Source: an uncultured Alphaproteobacteria bacterium
GTDB taxonomy: Bacteria > Pseudomonadota > Alphaproteobacteria > Rs-D84
DNA: 64,000 bases
NCBI GenBank assembly: GCA_934276735.1
Contig: CAKQTG010000001.1
Span: forward strand, 418,203 to 482,202
Direction of reading: 5' to 3'
Numbering within the stretch: the stretch's first letter is position 1; each line of letters begins with the position of its first letter. Below, one piece after another: positions 54,590-64,000 of this stretch. The translations under genes and the position numbers were made by a program. The notes below the pieces were generated by a model, which made no database searches, was not told the origin of the DNA, and saw nothing but the letters and a program-made list of their open reading frames with translations.

Positions 54590-55200
54590 TCGCCACTTTA
54601 TTGGCACCTATTTTCCCCCCGCCCCGAGAGAACGGGGGGAACAAATATAAGAGAGCAGGGGGCAATGAAAAGTGAGCAAGTGACAGAGTGATAAAGTGAT
54701 ATAGTTTTAGAATAGAGAACAATTCATGTGTCGCCTGCAGACCAAGGTCTTCGCCGCCAGGCCCCCGCAAAATCGCAAGATTTTGTGGGTGGACAAAGGC
54801 AGAAATAGGAACTAAGAAATTACTTTTGCTCATTGTTGCACGATGTTCGTAAAATATGGCCCCCAACCACACACCATCGTCACCCCGACCCGGGCCCCGC
54901 AAAATCGCAAGATTTTGTGGGTGGTTCCCGGAGGGGAACTTGGTCCGCAACTAAGACATAAACTATGTTCGTAAAATATGGCCCTCAACCACACACAACC
55001 GTCATACCGGCGCAGGCCGGTATCCATTGCCCCGCAGGGACCACCACTACCCCGTCCACTACGTGGACACCCCTTCGCCAGCGAAGGGGAACTTAGACCG
55101 CGACGATAAAAACAAGCGCGCCGATGGCGCGCTTCATTGCTCTCTGCTCTCTGCTCTCTGCGCATTGCTCTCTTGCATGACGAACCGCGGTTCTCGTCCG
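54590..55200. repeat. Mosaic intergenic repeat array (~610 bp). 54920-55200 is an inverted copy of the 27222-27470 composite.
   Basis: By reverse-complement comparison, ccgcaactaagacataaactatgttcgtaaaatatggccctcaaccacacacaaccgtcataccggcgcaggccggtatccattgccccgcagggaccaccactaccccgtccactacgtggacaccccttcgccagcgaaggggaacttagaccgcgacgataaaaacaagcgcgccgatggcgcgcttcattgctctctgctctctgcgcattgctctcttg is about 95% identical to 27222-27470. Confidence 0.85.
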
Positions 55201-55243
55201 ACAGGGCAAAAATAAAAACCACCAAAATGGTGGTTTATATTTT

Positions 55244-55328
55244 TGGTGGCCCTGGTCGGACTCGAACCGACACTCCTTGCAGAACTTGATTTTGAGTCAA
55301 GCGCGTCTACCAATTCCGCCACGGGGCC
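55244..55328 (-). tRNA. tRNA-Leu (anticodon CAA), type II with long variable arm
   Basis: Reverse complement GGCCCCGTGGCGGAATTGGTAGACGCGCTTGACTCAAAATCAAGTTCTGCAAGGAGTGTCGGTTCGAGTCCGACCAGGGCCACCA. Anticodon loop CTCAAAA. Confidence 0.9.
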
Positions 55329-55343
55329 AAAACCAACATGCGA

Positions 55344-55718
55344 TTACTTCGCAGCGGCTTTCTTGGCTTCTACTTTTTTAACCAAGCGGGCACTGCGTGC
55401 GGGTTTGTGAACCGGCTTTTTCGCAGGTGCTGCGGCCGTGCCTTGTTTCTTTTCAATCGCTTTCTTAATCGCGGCCATATCATCGGTCAAACGTGACACC
55501 GGCTTTGACATTACGTATGCGTCCAGACCGCCATGCTTGGTCAATGTGCGCAGGCCGGCTGTAGAAATACGCAACGAGAAATCGCGATTCAAAATATCGC
55601 TGTGGAACTTTAATTTTTGCAGATTTGGCAAGAACGTGCGTTTTGTATGACGCATAGAGTGGGAAACATTCATTCCAACTTCTGTTTTCTTACCTGTAAC
55701 TTTACATACACGTGGCAT
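55344..55718 (-). CDS. rpmB: 50S ribosomal protein L28 with a long Lys/Ala-rich C-terminal extension (124 aa)
   Basis: MPRVCKVTGKKTEVGMNVSHSMRHTKRTFLPNLQ is the canonical L28 N-terminus. About 45 extra C-terminal residues are rich in K/A/P. Confidence 0.85.
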   Translation of the reverse strand: MPRVCKVTGKKTEVGMNVSHSMRHTKRTFLPNLQKLKFHSDILNRDFSLRISTAGLRTLTKHGGLDAYVMSKPVSRLTDDMAAIKKAIEKKQGTAAAPAKKPVHKPARSARLVKKVEAKKAAAK

Positions 55719-55795
55719 ATCAATAATCCTTTAATAACTGGGGCATAATTTATACTAAATTTCCCGAAATGTCAAGTAATGTTTTATGTTATTGT

Positions 55796-57238
55796 TTATT
55801 TTGCGCCGTGCGATGACGACAACAGGTCAGTTACAACCTTGACCGGGGTAAACGTAGACGCTGGAACCGCAACGAAAACCGTGTTCCAGTGTGCCATTGC
55901 GCCATTCCACAGACCCGGGCGTTCCATCGCACGCAAAGCGTGGCCGCCATATGATTTTTCTGAAATAAAGCCCGCTTTGTGGTCAACAAAAGCTGTCAAA
56001 TCAAACGGTTTGCCGTGCGCATCACGTGTGCCACAGACTAAATCTACTGGGTTAAAGTGTGATGATGCGTTCATTATATCGCGTGCGTCGGGGGCAATCT
56101 GGCTGGATTCTACGATTTGCAGGGATTCTGTGCCATGTTCGTCACGCACCCAGAACGGGCCGCCACCCGGTGCACCGATGTTTTTTACCACGCCGCACAC
56201 GCGAATTGGACGATTTAAAATCTGACGCAACATTTCAGCCGGTGCGTCATCAGACGTGCGGACACATAAATCGTTTTTGATAAATGTGCGGATTTCGTTC
56301 AAATCGTACGCCACAAAATTATTCAAGTATTCAAATGCGCGTGCTTGCAATGACAACAACAAGCCCGCCAGCACGTGTTTATATTTAATGGTGTCGCCAC
56401 GTAATTCATCAGTTGTGACGTTATCAATGTTTTTAATAAACACGATATCGGCGTCAATATTGTTCAGGTTTTCAATCAGTGCCCCATGTCCCGCCGGCCT
56501 GAATAACAGGCGTCCATCATCAGTGCGAAATGGCGTATTGTCCGGATTTACGGCGATTGTGTCGGTGCTGGCGCGCTGGTTCGACATTGTTATATCGTAT
56601 TTTACACCATATTTCGCGCCATATTCCGGAACCGCCCGCGCCAGGATTGCGTGGAATCCCGCCATATGTTCGGGCGACACGGTAAAGTGGATATGCACGG
56701 TGCCAGATGTTGTGGCATACTGGGCACCTTCGACCAAGTGTTCTTCGACGGCGGTGCGACTGTATGTGTCATATTTATGAAACGCAATCAGTCCTTTGGG
56801 CAAATTACCATAATCCAGACCGGCATTGGTCAACATACAGGCGATTTTGTCGCGATCGGTTGGTGTGTCTGGCAAAAATTGCCGTAAGTCGTCCCAGAAC
56901 GCGAATTTATCTAAATTGTCCAGCACGCGTCGCGTCACATCATTCATTGTGCCGGTGTTCAAGAATTCAAACAAATCGCGGAACATACGTGTTGCGGCAC
57001 CGGACGCAGGAACGAATTTTACAATTTTTTTTGTTGCCTGGGCGGCGTTATATATTTCGGTATATTGCGCGATGTCTGCGTCAGATAATTCAGCAATGCC
57101 GTCGCCAACGGTTGCAGGCCGTGTGATATTTGCGTATGGAAATCCACACACAAAATCTGCCAGTTGCTGGGCAACAATATCAGGCGTCAGCCCGTGTGAT
57201 TTTATCTGTTCTGTATCTGGGGTGGAAAATTCTGTCAT
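55796..57238 (-). CDS. DUF4301-like protein, a putative nucleotidyltransferase (UDP-sugar-pyrophosphorylase-like fold is an inference)
   Basis: 480 aa. It has a G-rich loop KFVPASGAATRMFRDL and a PAGHGALIENL segment resembling UGPase/UAP motifs. The assignment is tentative. Confidence 0.5.
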   Translation of the reverse strand: MTEFSTPDTEQIKSHGLTPDIVAQQLADFVCGFPYANITRPATVGDGIAELSDADIAQYTEIYNAAQATKKIVKFVPASGAATRMFRDLFEFLNTGTMNDVTRRVLDNLDKFAFWDDLRQFLPDTPTDRDKIACMLTNAGLDYGNLPKGLIAFHKYDTYSRTAVEEHLVEGAQYATTSGTVHIHFTVSPEHMAGFHAILARAVPEYGAKYGVKYDITMSNQRASTDTIAVNPDNTPFRTDDGRLLFRPAGHGALIENLNNIDADIVFIKNIDNVTTDELRGDTIKYKHVLAGLLLSLQARAFEYLNNFVAYDLNEIRTFIKNDLCVRTSDDAPAEMLRQILNRPIRVCGVVKNIGAPGGGPFWVRDEHGTESLQIVESSQIAPDARDIMNASSHFNPVDLVCGTRDAHGKPFDLTAFVDHKAGFISEKSYGGHALRAMERPGLWNGAMAHWNTVFVAVPASTFTPVKVVTDLLSSSHGAK

Positions 57239-57377
57239 AATTATGAATCCCTTGGGTTATTGTCAGAATAATACAAAAAAAATTTGTGCGCAATATATTC
57301 CTGATGTCTTGAAAACAGGACGTATGATATTATATATCTGATAACAGAAATAAAAAATAAACAGGAGGATTTAAAAT

Positions 57378-59435
57378 ATGAATCCAGAAGAAATGCAAGA
57401 AACGCCACAACAGGCGATTGAAAAATATACGACAGACTTTACCAAACTGGCGTCTGATGGAAAATTGGACCCGGTGATTGGTCGTGACGAAGAAATTCGC
57501 CGCACTATCCAGGTATTGTCGCGCCGCACAAAAAATAACCCGGTGCTGATTGGTAATCCAGGGGTTGGTAAAACAGCAATAGTAGAAGGTTTGGCCGAAC
57601 GAATCGTTTCGGGTGACGTTCCAGAAAATCTGTTAAAGAAAAAACTGTTGTCGTTGGACATGGGGGCACTGATGGCGGGCGCGATGTTCCGTGGCCAGTT
57701 CGAGGCGCGTTTCAAGGCGATATTAAAAGCGGTCAAAGAAGCCGATGGCGGGATTATTCTGTTCATTGACGAATTGCACACGTTGGTCGGTGCCGGCAAG
57801 GGCGAGGGCAGCATGGATGCCGGTAATCTGTTAAAGCCTATGTTGGCGCGTGGCGAATTGCACTGTTTGGGCGCAACCACACTGGACGAATATCGTCAAT
57901 ATATTGAAAAAGATCCAGCGCTGGCGCGTCGGTTTCAGCCCGTCTATGTGGACGAGCCGACCGTTGATGACACAATTTCAATTTTGCGTGGGTTAAAAGA
58001 AAAATACGAAGGTCATCATGGTGTGCGGATTTCAGATTCTGCGCTGGTTTCGGCAGTTAAATTATCGAATCGGTATATTACAGACCGCTTTTTGCCAGAT
58101 AAAGCGATTGATTTAATTGACGAGGCTGCCGCTCGTGTTCGCATTGAAATTGCATCTAAACCGGAGAAGTTGGACGAGGTTGATCGTCACCTGATGCAGC
58201 TGAAAATCGAACAACAGGCATTAAAAAAGGAAAAAGATGCGGATTCTAAAAAGCGTTTGAGCGAACTGGACAAATTGATTGCAGAATTGCAAAACGAATC
58301 GAATAAAATGACTGCTGATTGGCGTGCCGAGCAGAGTAAAATGCGTGCACTGTCCGATGCGATGGCGTCGTTGGATTCTGCCAAGGCCGAGGTTGCAACC
58401 GCCATGCGTAATGGCGATTATGAAAAGGCGTCTGCATTGCAATATGGCAAGGTTCCAGAACTGGAAGAACAAATTCGCAAGCTGAACGCGGACGCACGCG
58501 AGTACAAGACGGTTCTGCCGGAACATATTGCCGCGGTTGTCAGTAAATGGACCGGTGTCCCAGCCGACAAGTTGACGATGGAAGAGCAATCAAAATTGCT
58601 GAACATAGAAGATGAATTGCGTAAACGTGTCGTTGGCCAGGATCACGCATTGACGGTTGTCGCGCGTGCGATTCGGCGCAGTCGTGCCGGATTGTCTGAC
58701 CCGCATCGGCCCGCAGGCAGTTTTATGTTTTTGGGGCCAACCGGCGTCGGCAAGACCGAGGTCGCCAAGGCCCTGGCCGAGTATCTGTTTAACGACGATA
58801 CGGCGATGACCAGAATTGATATGAGTGAATATATGGAACCACATTCGGTGTCACGCCTGATCGGCAGTCCCCCCGGATATGTCGGATATGAACAAGGTGG
58901 CGTCTTGACCGAATCGGTGCGTCGCCGTCCATATCAGGTATTGCTGTTTGATGAAATTGAAAAGGCAAACCCAGACGTGTTTAATGTGTTCCTGCAAATC
59001 TTGGACGATGGTCGTTTGACCGATGGCCAGGGTCATGTTGTGAACTTTACAAACACGATTATCATTATGACCAGCAATTTGCCGTCAATGGATGCGGTGA
59101 AACATCATTTCCGCCCAGAATTCATCAATCGTATTGATGAAATAGTGTTCTTTAATCCGTTGGGCAAAGACGTTATGGCGGGCATTGTCAAGATTCAGTT
59201 GCGCAACCTGTCGCGTCGTTTGGCCGAACGTCGTATAACGCTGGACGTGTCGGATGCCGCGATTAAATGGTTGGGCGACAACGGATATGACGAAGCGTTT
59301 GGTGCGCGCCCGTTAAAACGTCTGATTACGTCGGCGGTTGAAGATAAAATCGCAGACCTGATTTTGTCTGGCACCGTGGGCGAGGGCAGCACCGTCTATG
59401 TTGATGTTCATGGCAAAGAACTGACCGTCAAATAA
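57378..59435 (+). CDS. clpB: Chaperone ClpB lacking the N-terminal domain (685 aa; begins immediately before NBD1)
   Basis: It begins …[48 protein letters not shown]…, which corresponds to about residue 150 of E. coli ClpB. Two AAA+ modules and the middle coiled coil are present. Only 139 bp of non-coding DNA lies upstream. Strong RBS aggagg. Confidence 0.9.
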   Translation: MNPEEMQETPQQAIEKYTTDFTKLASDGKLDPVIGRDEEIRRTIQVLSRRTKNNPVLIGNPGVGKTAIVEGLAERIVSGDVPENLLKKKLLSLDMGALMAGAMFRGQFEARFKAILKAVKEADGGIILFIDELHTLVGAGKGEGSMDAGNLLKPMLARGELHCLGATTLDEYRQYIEKDPALARRFQPVYVDEPTVDDTISILRGLKEKYEGHHGVRISDSALVSAVKLSNRYITDRFLPDKAIDLIDEAAARVRIEIASKPEKLDEVDRHLMQLKIEQQALKKEKDADSKKRLSELDKLIAELQNESNKMTADWRAEQSKMRALSDAMASLDSAKAEVATAMRNGDYEKASALQYGKVPELEEQIRKLNADAREYKTVLPEHIAAVVSKWTGVPADKLTMEEQSKLLNIEDELRKRVVGQDHALTVVARAIRRSRAGLSDPHRPAGSFMFLGPTGVGKTEVAKALAEYLFNDDTAMTRIDMSEYMEPHSVSRLIGSPPGYVGYEQGGVLTESVRRRPYQVLLFDEIEKANPDVFNVFLQILDDGRLTDGQGHVVNFTNTIIIMTSNLPSMDAVKHHFRPEFINRIDEIVFFNPLGKDVMAGIVKIQLRNLSRRLAERRITLDVSDAAIKWLGDNGYDEAFGARPLKRLITSAVEDKIADLILSGTVGEGSTVYVDVHGKELTVK

Positions 59436-59448
59436 GATATGTTTGTTC

Positions 59449-59487
59449 GTATGAAGAAAGCCCCATATTTGTGGGGCTTTCTTGTTT
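59449..59487. terminator. Bidirectional terminator (gaagaaagccccatatttgtggggctttcttg followed by T-run)
   Basis: Hairpin between clpB (+) and the 59503..60219 (-) CDS. Confidence 0.7.
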
Positions 59488-59502
59488 TTATATGTGTGCC
59501 GT

Positions 59503-60219
59503 TTATTTTTGGTTCGCCATTGCCAATTTGCGCGTCAGTAATGCGCGGATAAATTCTGCGCGGCGCGCGGCATCCATGGCGTTTGGCGCGCGATTTTGTA
59601 ACGCAGCGGCACGCATAGGGATACCAACATTTGTGGTGGTCTGGGCGCGCAATGAATATGGCACGGTTACGCGGGCCGATATCGCCGGGCGTGCGGCGCG
59701 CACCGGTAATGGGCGCATTGTGTTTTTACGGATATTTTTGGCACGTGCACGCACGCGACGGCGTGCCTTCTTTTTTGTGCGACGTTTTGCAACCGCGATT
59801 GGTGTGCCGACGGTCATCGCATTTGTAAATTGCAGTTTCGGCGTAATACCATTTTGACGCAGTAATAACTGGGCCAAATCGGCGTGATTGGTGTCAAACA
59901 CGCTGGAATAATAAAAACGGTTCGTCGCGGCGTCAAACGCAATTTCTGCGGTGCCGTTCTGAATCAATGGTGGCATTTCGCCCGTTTTGGTATTGACCAG
60001 ATACAGTTTGTTTTCCGCCCCGCTTGGTGTCATCACGGTGCGACGAATTGCAACGTATGGCATATTTGGAAACGTTGCGACAACCTGGAACGGTTGCGAT
60101 GCAAATCCAATGCCATTGACGCGACGCAACCGACCATACATGTCGGTCATATACAGGGCATAACGCCCACCTGCGGTTTTAATACATTTAAAATTGTTAT
60201 TTTGTGTTACGTTATCCAT
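59503..60219 (-). CDS. Hypothetical protein (238 aa) with a strongly basic C-terminal segment (KRRTKKKARRRVRARAKNIRKN)
   Basis: Clean ORF with ATG. No recognised domain. Confidence 0.5.
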   Translation of the reverse strand: MDNVTQNNNFKCIKTAGGRYALYMTDMYGRLRRVNGIGFASQPFQVVATFPNMPYVAIRRTVMTPSGAENKLYLVNTKTGEMPPLIQNGTAEIAFDAATNRFYYSSVFDTNHADLAQLLLRQNGITPKLQFTNAMTVGTPIAVAKRRTKKKARRRVRARAKNIRKNTMRPLPVRAARPAISARVTVPYSLRAQTTTNVGIPMRAAALQNRAPNAMDAARRAEFIRALLTRKLAMANQK

Positions 60220-60234
60220 TTAAAACATGCCTCT

Positions 60235-62058
60235 TTACTTTGACTTTGTTTTTGTCTTTTTCGCTGCCTTGAACTGAATATCGCGCAGTTTTTTGTATTC
60301 CCCGCCCAGCGCACACAGTTCGGAATCTGTTCCTTGTTCGACGATATGACCGTCCTTGATCACACATATTATATCAGCATCCAAGATTGTTGACAAGCGG
60401 TGTGCGATAACAAATGTTGTGCGCCCCACCATCAGGCTTTTTAATGCCGATTGAATCAATTTCTCACTCTGGGTGTCCAGGGCGGACGTCGCCTCGTCCA
60501 GTAACAGAATAGGCGCGTCTTTTAAAATTGCGCGTGCGATAGCAATACGCTGTTTCTGGCCGCCAGATAATAACGCGCCCCCTTCGCCAACGGTGGATTT
60601 GTATTTCTTGGGGAATTTCATGATGAAATCATGCGCATTTGCCGCCCGAGCCGCCGCGATAACCTGGTCAGGGGTGGCGTCAGGACTGCCGTATTTGATG
60701 TTATCTTCAATTGTGCCATTGAACAAAAACACATCTTGGGATACTTCCGCAATATTCTGACGCAGTGATTTCAGTGTGTATTTCTTGATGTCGGTGCGGT
60801 TGATTTCAACCTTGCCCGATTGCGGGTCATAGAAACGTTCCAGCAAATTAAACATCGTGGTTTTCCCGCCGCCCGATGGCCCGACCAGCGCGCAAACACG
60901 ACCCGCCGGCACGTGCAAGTGTATATCGCGCAATACCGGTTCGTCCGGATTATACGCAAATGTGACATGATGGAAATCAACTGACATCTTTTTATCAGAT
61001 TTCAATTCGCGCGCGTTTGGGGCGTCTTGAATTTCTGGCTTGCTGTCCAGGAAATCGAACAAAACCTCGGCCGCCAGCAGGCCATGCTGAACCGTGTTTC
61101 CAGTGCCGGTAATGCTTTTTGCAGGTTTGTATGCGGCCGTCAATGCCAACAAGAACGCCGTAAAGTCACCGGTTGAAATCGCGCCCGTCACAATAAAGTG
61201 CCCACCGATAATTAACGCCAGGCACAGCCCGATTGAAATCATCAATTCCAGCAATGGTGATTGCAAGGCGTGGGCCTGGGTGCTTTTATATGAATTGCAC
61301 ATTGATGTGTCCAGCACGTGGCGAAAACGTTTGGTTTCAGATTCTTCGGTTGCAAACGCTTGAATTGTTTTGATTCCATGCAGAGTTTGATTCAAATGCT
61401 GTGATACGTTGTTCGCGATACCAAACGACTCGCGCGATAGACGCCGACGCTTGCGCATAATTAGCACCATTGGCACCATAATCGCTGGCACCAAGAATAT
61501 CAATACCGCGCACATCTGAGGCGCGTAATACACCATCAAACCCAATGTCATCATCAGGGTTGCAACCTGTTGAATCGTGCTGACGATTGTGCCAGTGACC
61601 AAGGTCAACACCGCGCCGGCCTGGACACTGAAATAGTTCAAATTCTTGCCGATACCGTCGCCATAGAATTTTGAAATATTCATTTTGACCATGTGATTAT
61701 AAATGCGCTGTTGTAAATTCGCACTGGCCAACAGTCCAGCCTTGGCCATCAGCAGGGCCTTGGAATAATTAAAAGCGCCCTTGAATCCGAACGCAGCAAT
61801 GATTTGCAAGCCGAATATATATATAGATTGCATACTGCGTTCAATAAATGCCTTGTCCACGATGCGTTGAACCAGGGTAATAGTATATGCCTCGGCTGCG
61901 GATGCGCCGATTGTCGCGATGATGCCCGCCAACAGCCATTTCCATTGTGGTTTGCCGATTTCGCGCCAAACGCGCCCATATAGTGACCATTTAATACGGA
62001 CATTGGACGCATCGCCCTTGACCAAAGTTTTTACTTTTTCAGATATTTTATTTAACAT
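60235..62058 (-). CDS. ABC transporter ATP-binding/permease protein (MsbA-like exporter)
   Basis: Six-TM permease domain, then an ABC NBD (Walker A GPSGGGKTT, signature LSGGQKQR, Walker B ILLLDEATSALD). Start moved to ATG 62058 (MLNKISEK). The track start at 62181 would overlap tRNA-Ala. Confidence 0.85.
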   Translation of the reverse strand: MLNKISEKVKTLVKGDASNVRIKWSLYGRVWREIGKPQWKWLLAGIIATIGASAAEAYTITLVQRIVDKAFIERSMQSIYIFGLQIIAAFGFKGAFNYSKALLMAKAGLLASANLQQRIYNHMVKMNISKFYGDGIGKNLNYFSVQAGAVLTLVTGTIVSTIQQVATLMMTLGLMVYYAPQMCAVLIFLVPAIMVPMVLIMRKRRRLSRESFGIANNVSQHLNQTLHGIKTIQAFATEESETKRFRHVLDTSMCNSYKSTQAHALQSPLLELMISIGLCLALIIGGHFIVTGAISTGDFTAFLLALTAAYKPAKSITGTGNTVQHGLLAAEVLFDFLDSKPEIQDAPNARELKSDKKMSVDFHHVTFAYNPDEPVLRDIHLHVPAGRVCALVGPSGGGKTTMFNLLERFYDPQSGKVEINRTDIKKYTLKSLRQNIAEVSQDVFLFNGTIEDNIKYGSPDATPDQVIAAARAANAHDFIMKFPKKYKSTVGEGGALLSGGQKQRIAIARAILKDAPILLLDEATSALDTQSEKLIQSALKSLMVGRTTFVIAHRLSTILDADIICVIKDGHIVEQGTDSELCALGGEYKKLRDIQFKAAKKTKTKSK

Positions 62059-62173
62059 AGCGGCACTATTATAAAGTGATATATAAAAACTGTCCAGTGA
62101 AAGATTTACATTGACAACGCATACAAAAGCGTATAAAATGCGTGAGCTTTCAGAGATGAAAGGGCAAAGTTTT

Positions 62174-62249
62174 GGGGTCATAGCTCAGTTGGTAGAGCAC
62201 CTGCTTTGCAAGCAGGGGGTCGTCAGTTCGAGTCTGATTGGCTCCACCA
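62174..62249 (+). tRNA. tRNA-Ala (anticodon TGC)
   Basis: GGGGTCATAGCTCAGTTGGTAGAGCACCTGCTTTGCAAGCAGGGGGTCGTCAGTTCGAGTCTGATTGGCTCCACCA. G3-U70 identity pair. Anticodon loop TTTGCAA. Confidence 0.9.
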
Positions 62250-62291
62250 AAAAATTGATACAAATGTCACGCTAAAGGGGGTGAATGCATT

Positions 62292-62498
62292 ATGGTGAAG
62301 GTTCTGGTTCGCGACAATAACGTTGAACAGGCGTTGCGCGTTGCAAAACGTAAATCTCAGAAAGAAGGTCTGTATCGCGAAATGAAAGAACGTCAGCGTT
62401 ATGAAAAACCAACAACAAAGCGCAAACGTTTGAAAGAAGAGGCTGTGCGTAACGAGAAAAAACGTCAGTCGAAACAAAGAATGGTCTTTGGATTCTAA
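62292..62498 (+). CDS. rpsU: 30S ribosomal protein S21
   Basis: [46 protein letters not shown]…; canonical S21. RBS aagggggtg. Confidence 0.9.
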   Translation: MVKVLVRDNNVEQALRVAKRKSQKEGLYREMKERQRYEKPTTKRKRLKEEAVRNEKKRQSKQRMVFGF

Positions 62499-62530
62499 AA
62501 AAACGCCCCACCCGGGGCGGTTTTTTATTA
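62499..62530 (+). terminator. Rho-independent terminator (aaaaaacgccccacccggggcggtttttt)
   Basis: Hairpin plus T-run after rpsU. Confidence 0.7.
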
Positions 62531-62990
62531 GAGCGCAATGCGCAGAGAGCGATTAAAGTTCCCCTCTGGCCAGAGGGGTGGCACGTAGTGCCGGGGTGTC
62601 GGTTTCTCAGGGAGCAGAGTGTAGAGAGCAGAGTGCAATGAAAATGTCCGCCGATGGCGGACGACTCCAATGACCTGGATCCTGGGGTCAAGCCCCAGGA
62701 TGACGAGAGTAAAAAACGCGCTAAGTTCCCCTCCGGTGGAGGGGTGTCCGCTAGGACGGGGTGGTCTTGAGAGTGCGTAATGTTGGTATATGTATAAAAA
62801 GACCACCTCCCCGCTACGCGGTACTCCTCCATGGAACCACCCACAAAATCTGACGATTTTGCGGGGCCCGGAGGAGGAGAACTTGCCCCGCGCCGGGAAC
62901 GAAATAAGGTTCCCCTCTGGCCAGAGGGGTGGCGCAACGCGCCGGGGTGTCGGCATTGCTCTCTGCTCTCTGCGCGTTGCACTCTAATAA
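62531..62990. repeat. Mosaic intergenic repeat array (~460 bp) between rpsU and the DUF805 gene (modules M1, M2 three times, M3, M5)
   Basis: gttcccctctggccagaggggtggc (twice), cctggatcctggggtcaagccccaggatgacgagagtaaaaaacgcgctaagttcccctccggtggaggggtg, ccacccacaaaatctgacgattttgcggggcccggaggaggagaacttg. All have copies at 39900-40160. Confidence 0.85.
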
Positions 62991-63018
62991 AAAAGTGCGC
63001 CATTGGCGCACTTTTTAT
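62991..63018. terminator. Bidirectional terminator (aaaaagtgcgccattggcgcactttttatt)
   Basis: GCGCC-ATTG-GCGC hairpin 3' of the minus-strand DUF805 gene. Confidence 0.65.
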
Positions 63019-63479
63019 TTATTAAACTTGTGATACGGGTTGTCGTCAACCTTGGTCGGCAACAGCGAGAATACAAACATCACCACACTGGCGAAAATCG
63101 ACAAGAACGGTATCACGCACAGCGCATATATAAACCACCACCACGCCGACAGGCCCGCATCATGCAAACGCCGTGTGCGCATTGAAATCAGTGGGATTGC
63201 AATCGCGAGACTGTAAATCACGCCCACCAATATCATCAGGCCGAACATAACACTGACATCGCCTGAAAGTGCAAAGTCAATGGTCATACCCATTACCACC
63301 AATATGCCCCAAACCAGGTAAATCAGCACATTGACCAACGTTGTCCACCAGAATTCAGACCGTGACGATGTGCCCGCCCATTCGGTGAAACCACGCCGCC
63401 AGAACGCCGCATACGCCAAGAACATATTTGTGTATGTCGTGCTGGATTGAACTTTCTTTGACTTTTTAACGTTTGGCAT
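63015..63479 (-). CDS. DUF805 family inner-membrane protein
   Basis: Start moved to ATG 63479 (MPNVKKSKK; RBS aaggaaattct). DUF805 hallmarks (…RRGFTEWAGTSSRSEFWWTTLVN… RRLHDAGLSAWWW). Confidence 0.65.
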   Translation of the reverse strand: MPNVKKSKKVQSSTTYTNMFLAYAAFWRRGFTEWAGTSSRSEFWWTTLVNVLIYLVWGILVVMGMTIDFALSGDVSVMFGLMILVGVIYSLAIAIPLISMRTRRLHDAGLSAWWWFIYALCVIPFLSIFASVVMFVFSLLPTKVDDNPYHKFNK

Positions 63480-63534
63480 AGAATTTCCTTTTTTTGCTTT
63501 GCTTGGGTATTCTAGCACAATTTTTCCCACCTGC

Positions 63535-64000
63535 CCAGAATTTATTTCTCAGAGAGCAGAGCGCAATGACAAGTGAGTAAGTGACAGAGTGATAAAGTGA
63601 TTTAGTTTTAGAATAGAAAACTTAAAAACTTGTCATTCCTGCGCAGGCAGGAATAGGGACTATACAGTGCGAGCGGACGCGAGCCATACACACGCAATCG
63701 CGGATTTATTATTGGGGACCATGTTTTACGAACATTGTGCAACAATGGGCGGGAGTAATTTCTTAGACCCTATTCCTGCCTGCGCAGGAATGACAAGGGC
63801 GGTGTATTTGTGTTTATTTTATGACCATAGTTTATGTCTTGGCCGCGAGCTAAATTCCCCTCTGGGGAGCCGGGGTGGTGCGCAGCACCGGGGTGTCGGA
63901 TTCTCAGAGAGCAGAGCGCAATGAAAATGTCCGCCGATGGCGCGCTTGTTTTTTACCGTTGCGGTGTGAAAATCCCCTTCGCTGGCGAAGGGGTGTCCAC
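63535..64000. repeat. Mosaic intergenic repeat array running to the window end (M6, inverted-repeat module cattcctgcgcaggcaggaatagg…, ttgtgcaacaatgggcgggagtaatttcttagaccctattcctgcc, M1, M2-variant ccccttcgctggcgaagggg)
   Basis: Near-identical copies of these modules are at 39545-39830, 53490-53760, 54680-54730 and 27222-27330. Confidence 0.85.

Noticed and set aside
62059-62181. Track start (ATG at 62181) for the ABC exporter
   Set aside because: It would add 41 non-homologous residues and overlap tRNA-Ala on the opposite strand. The MsbA-like N-terminus begins at ATG 62058.

Overview
64 kb of a probable alphaproteobacterial chromosome; lineage markers are ccrM, nrdR, ppiD, rodZ, a divergent ftsB-dus pair and the rpsF-rpsR-rplI arrangement. 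The composition and gene content point to a host-associated or intracellular lineage (inference). Housekeeping genes present: grpE, tpiA, tag, uvrA, rlmE, recO, pgk, rnhB, slt, clpP, clpX, clpB, infA, rpmB, rpsU, and four tRNAs (Gln, Arg, Leu, Ala). These are interleaved with an unusually rich set of surface and secreted genes.

The most striking feature is a paralogous family of very large secreted cysteine-rich proteins. There are at least four members in the window: three clustered around infA, plus a fourth running off the window start and absent from the ORF track. All share an N-terminal C-x2-A(Y)-x2-C-(M/L)D-x-(F/V)C ... C-x-C(S) motif placed after a low-complexity linker. I do not recognise it as a known domain.

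Other notable loci:
- a 687-aa Cys-rich protein built from near-identical ~306-bp tandem DNA repeats, preceded by a perfect 22-bp inverted repeat that brackets its promoter
- a Pmp-like (GGAI/FxxN) autotransporter, and a 1210-aa ankyrin-containing surface protein
- a stand-alone Ffh M-domain ORF
- a TolQ-sized MotA-like subunit paired with a MotB-like protein carrying a ~190-aa coiled coil
- a naturally N-domain-less ClpB
- two tRNA-linked islets: tRNA-Gln with 2 x 169-bp tandem repeats and an AT-rich methyltransferase; tRNA-Arg with direct and inverted tRNA fragments followed by an APH-like kinase and TspO

About 3.5 kb of intergenic DNA consists of mosaic repeat arrays assembled from at least six recurring palindromic modules. 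One module doubles as a terminator hairpin. No CRISPR array, rRNA or integrase gene was seen.
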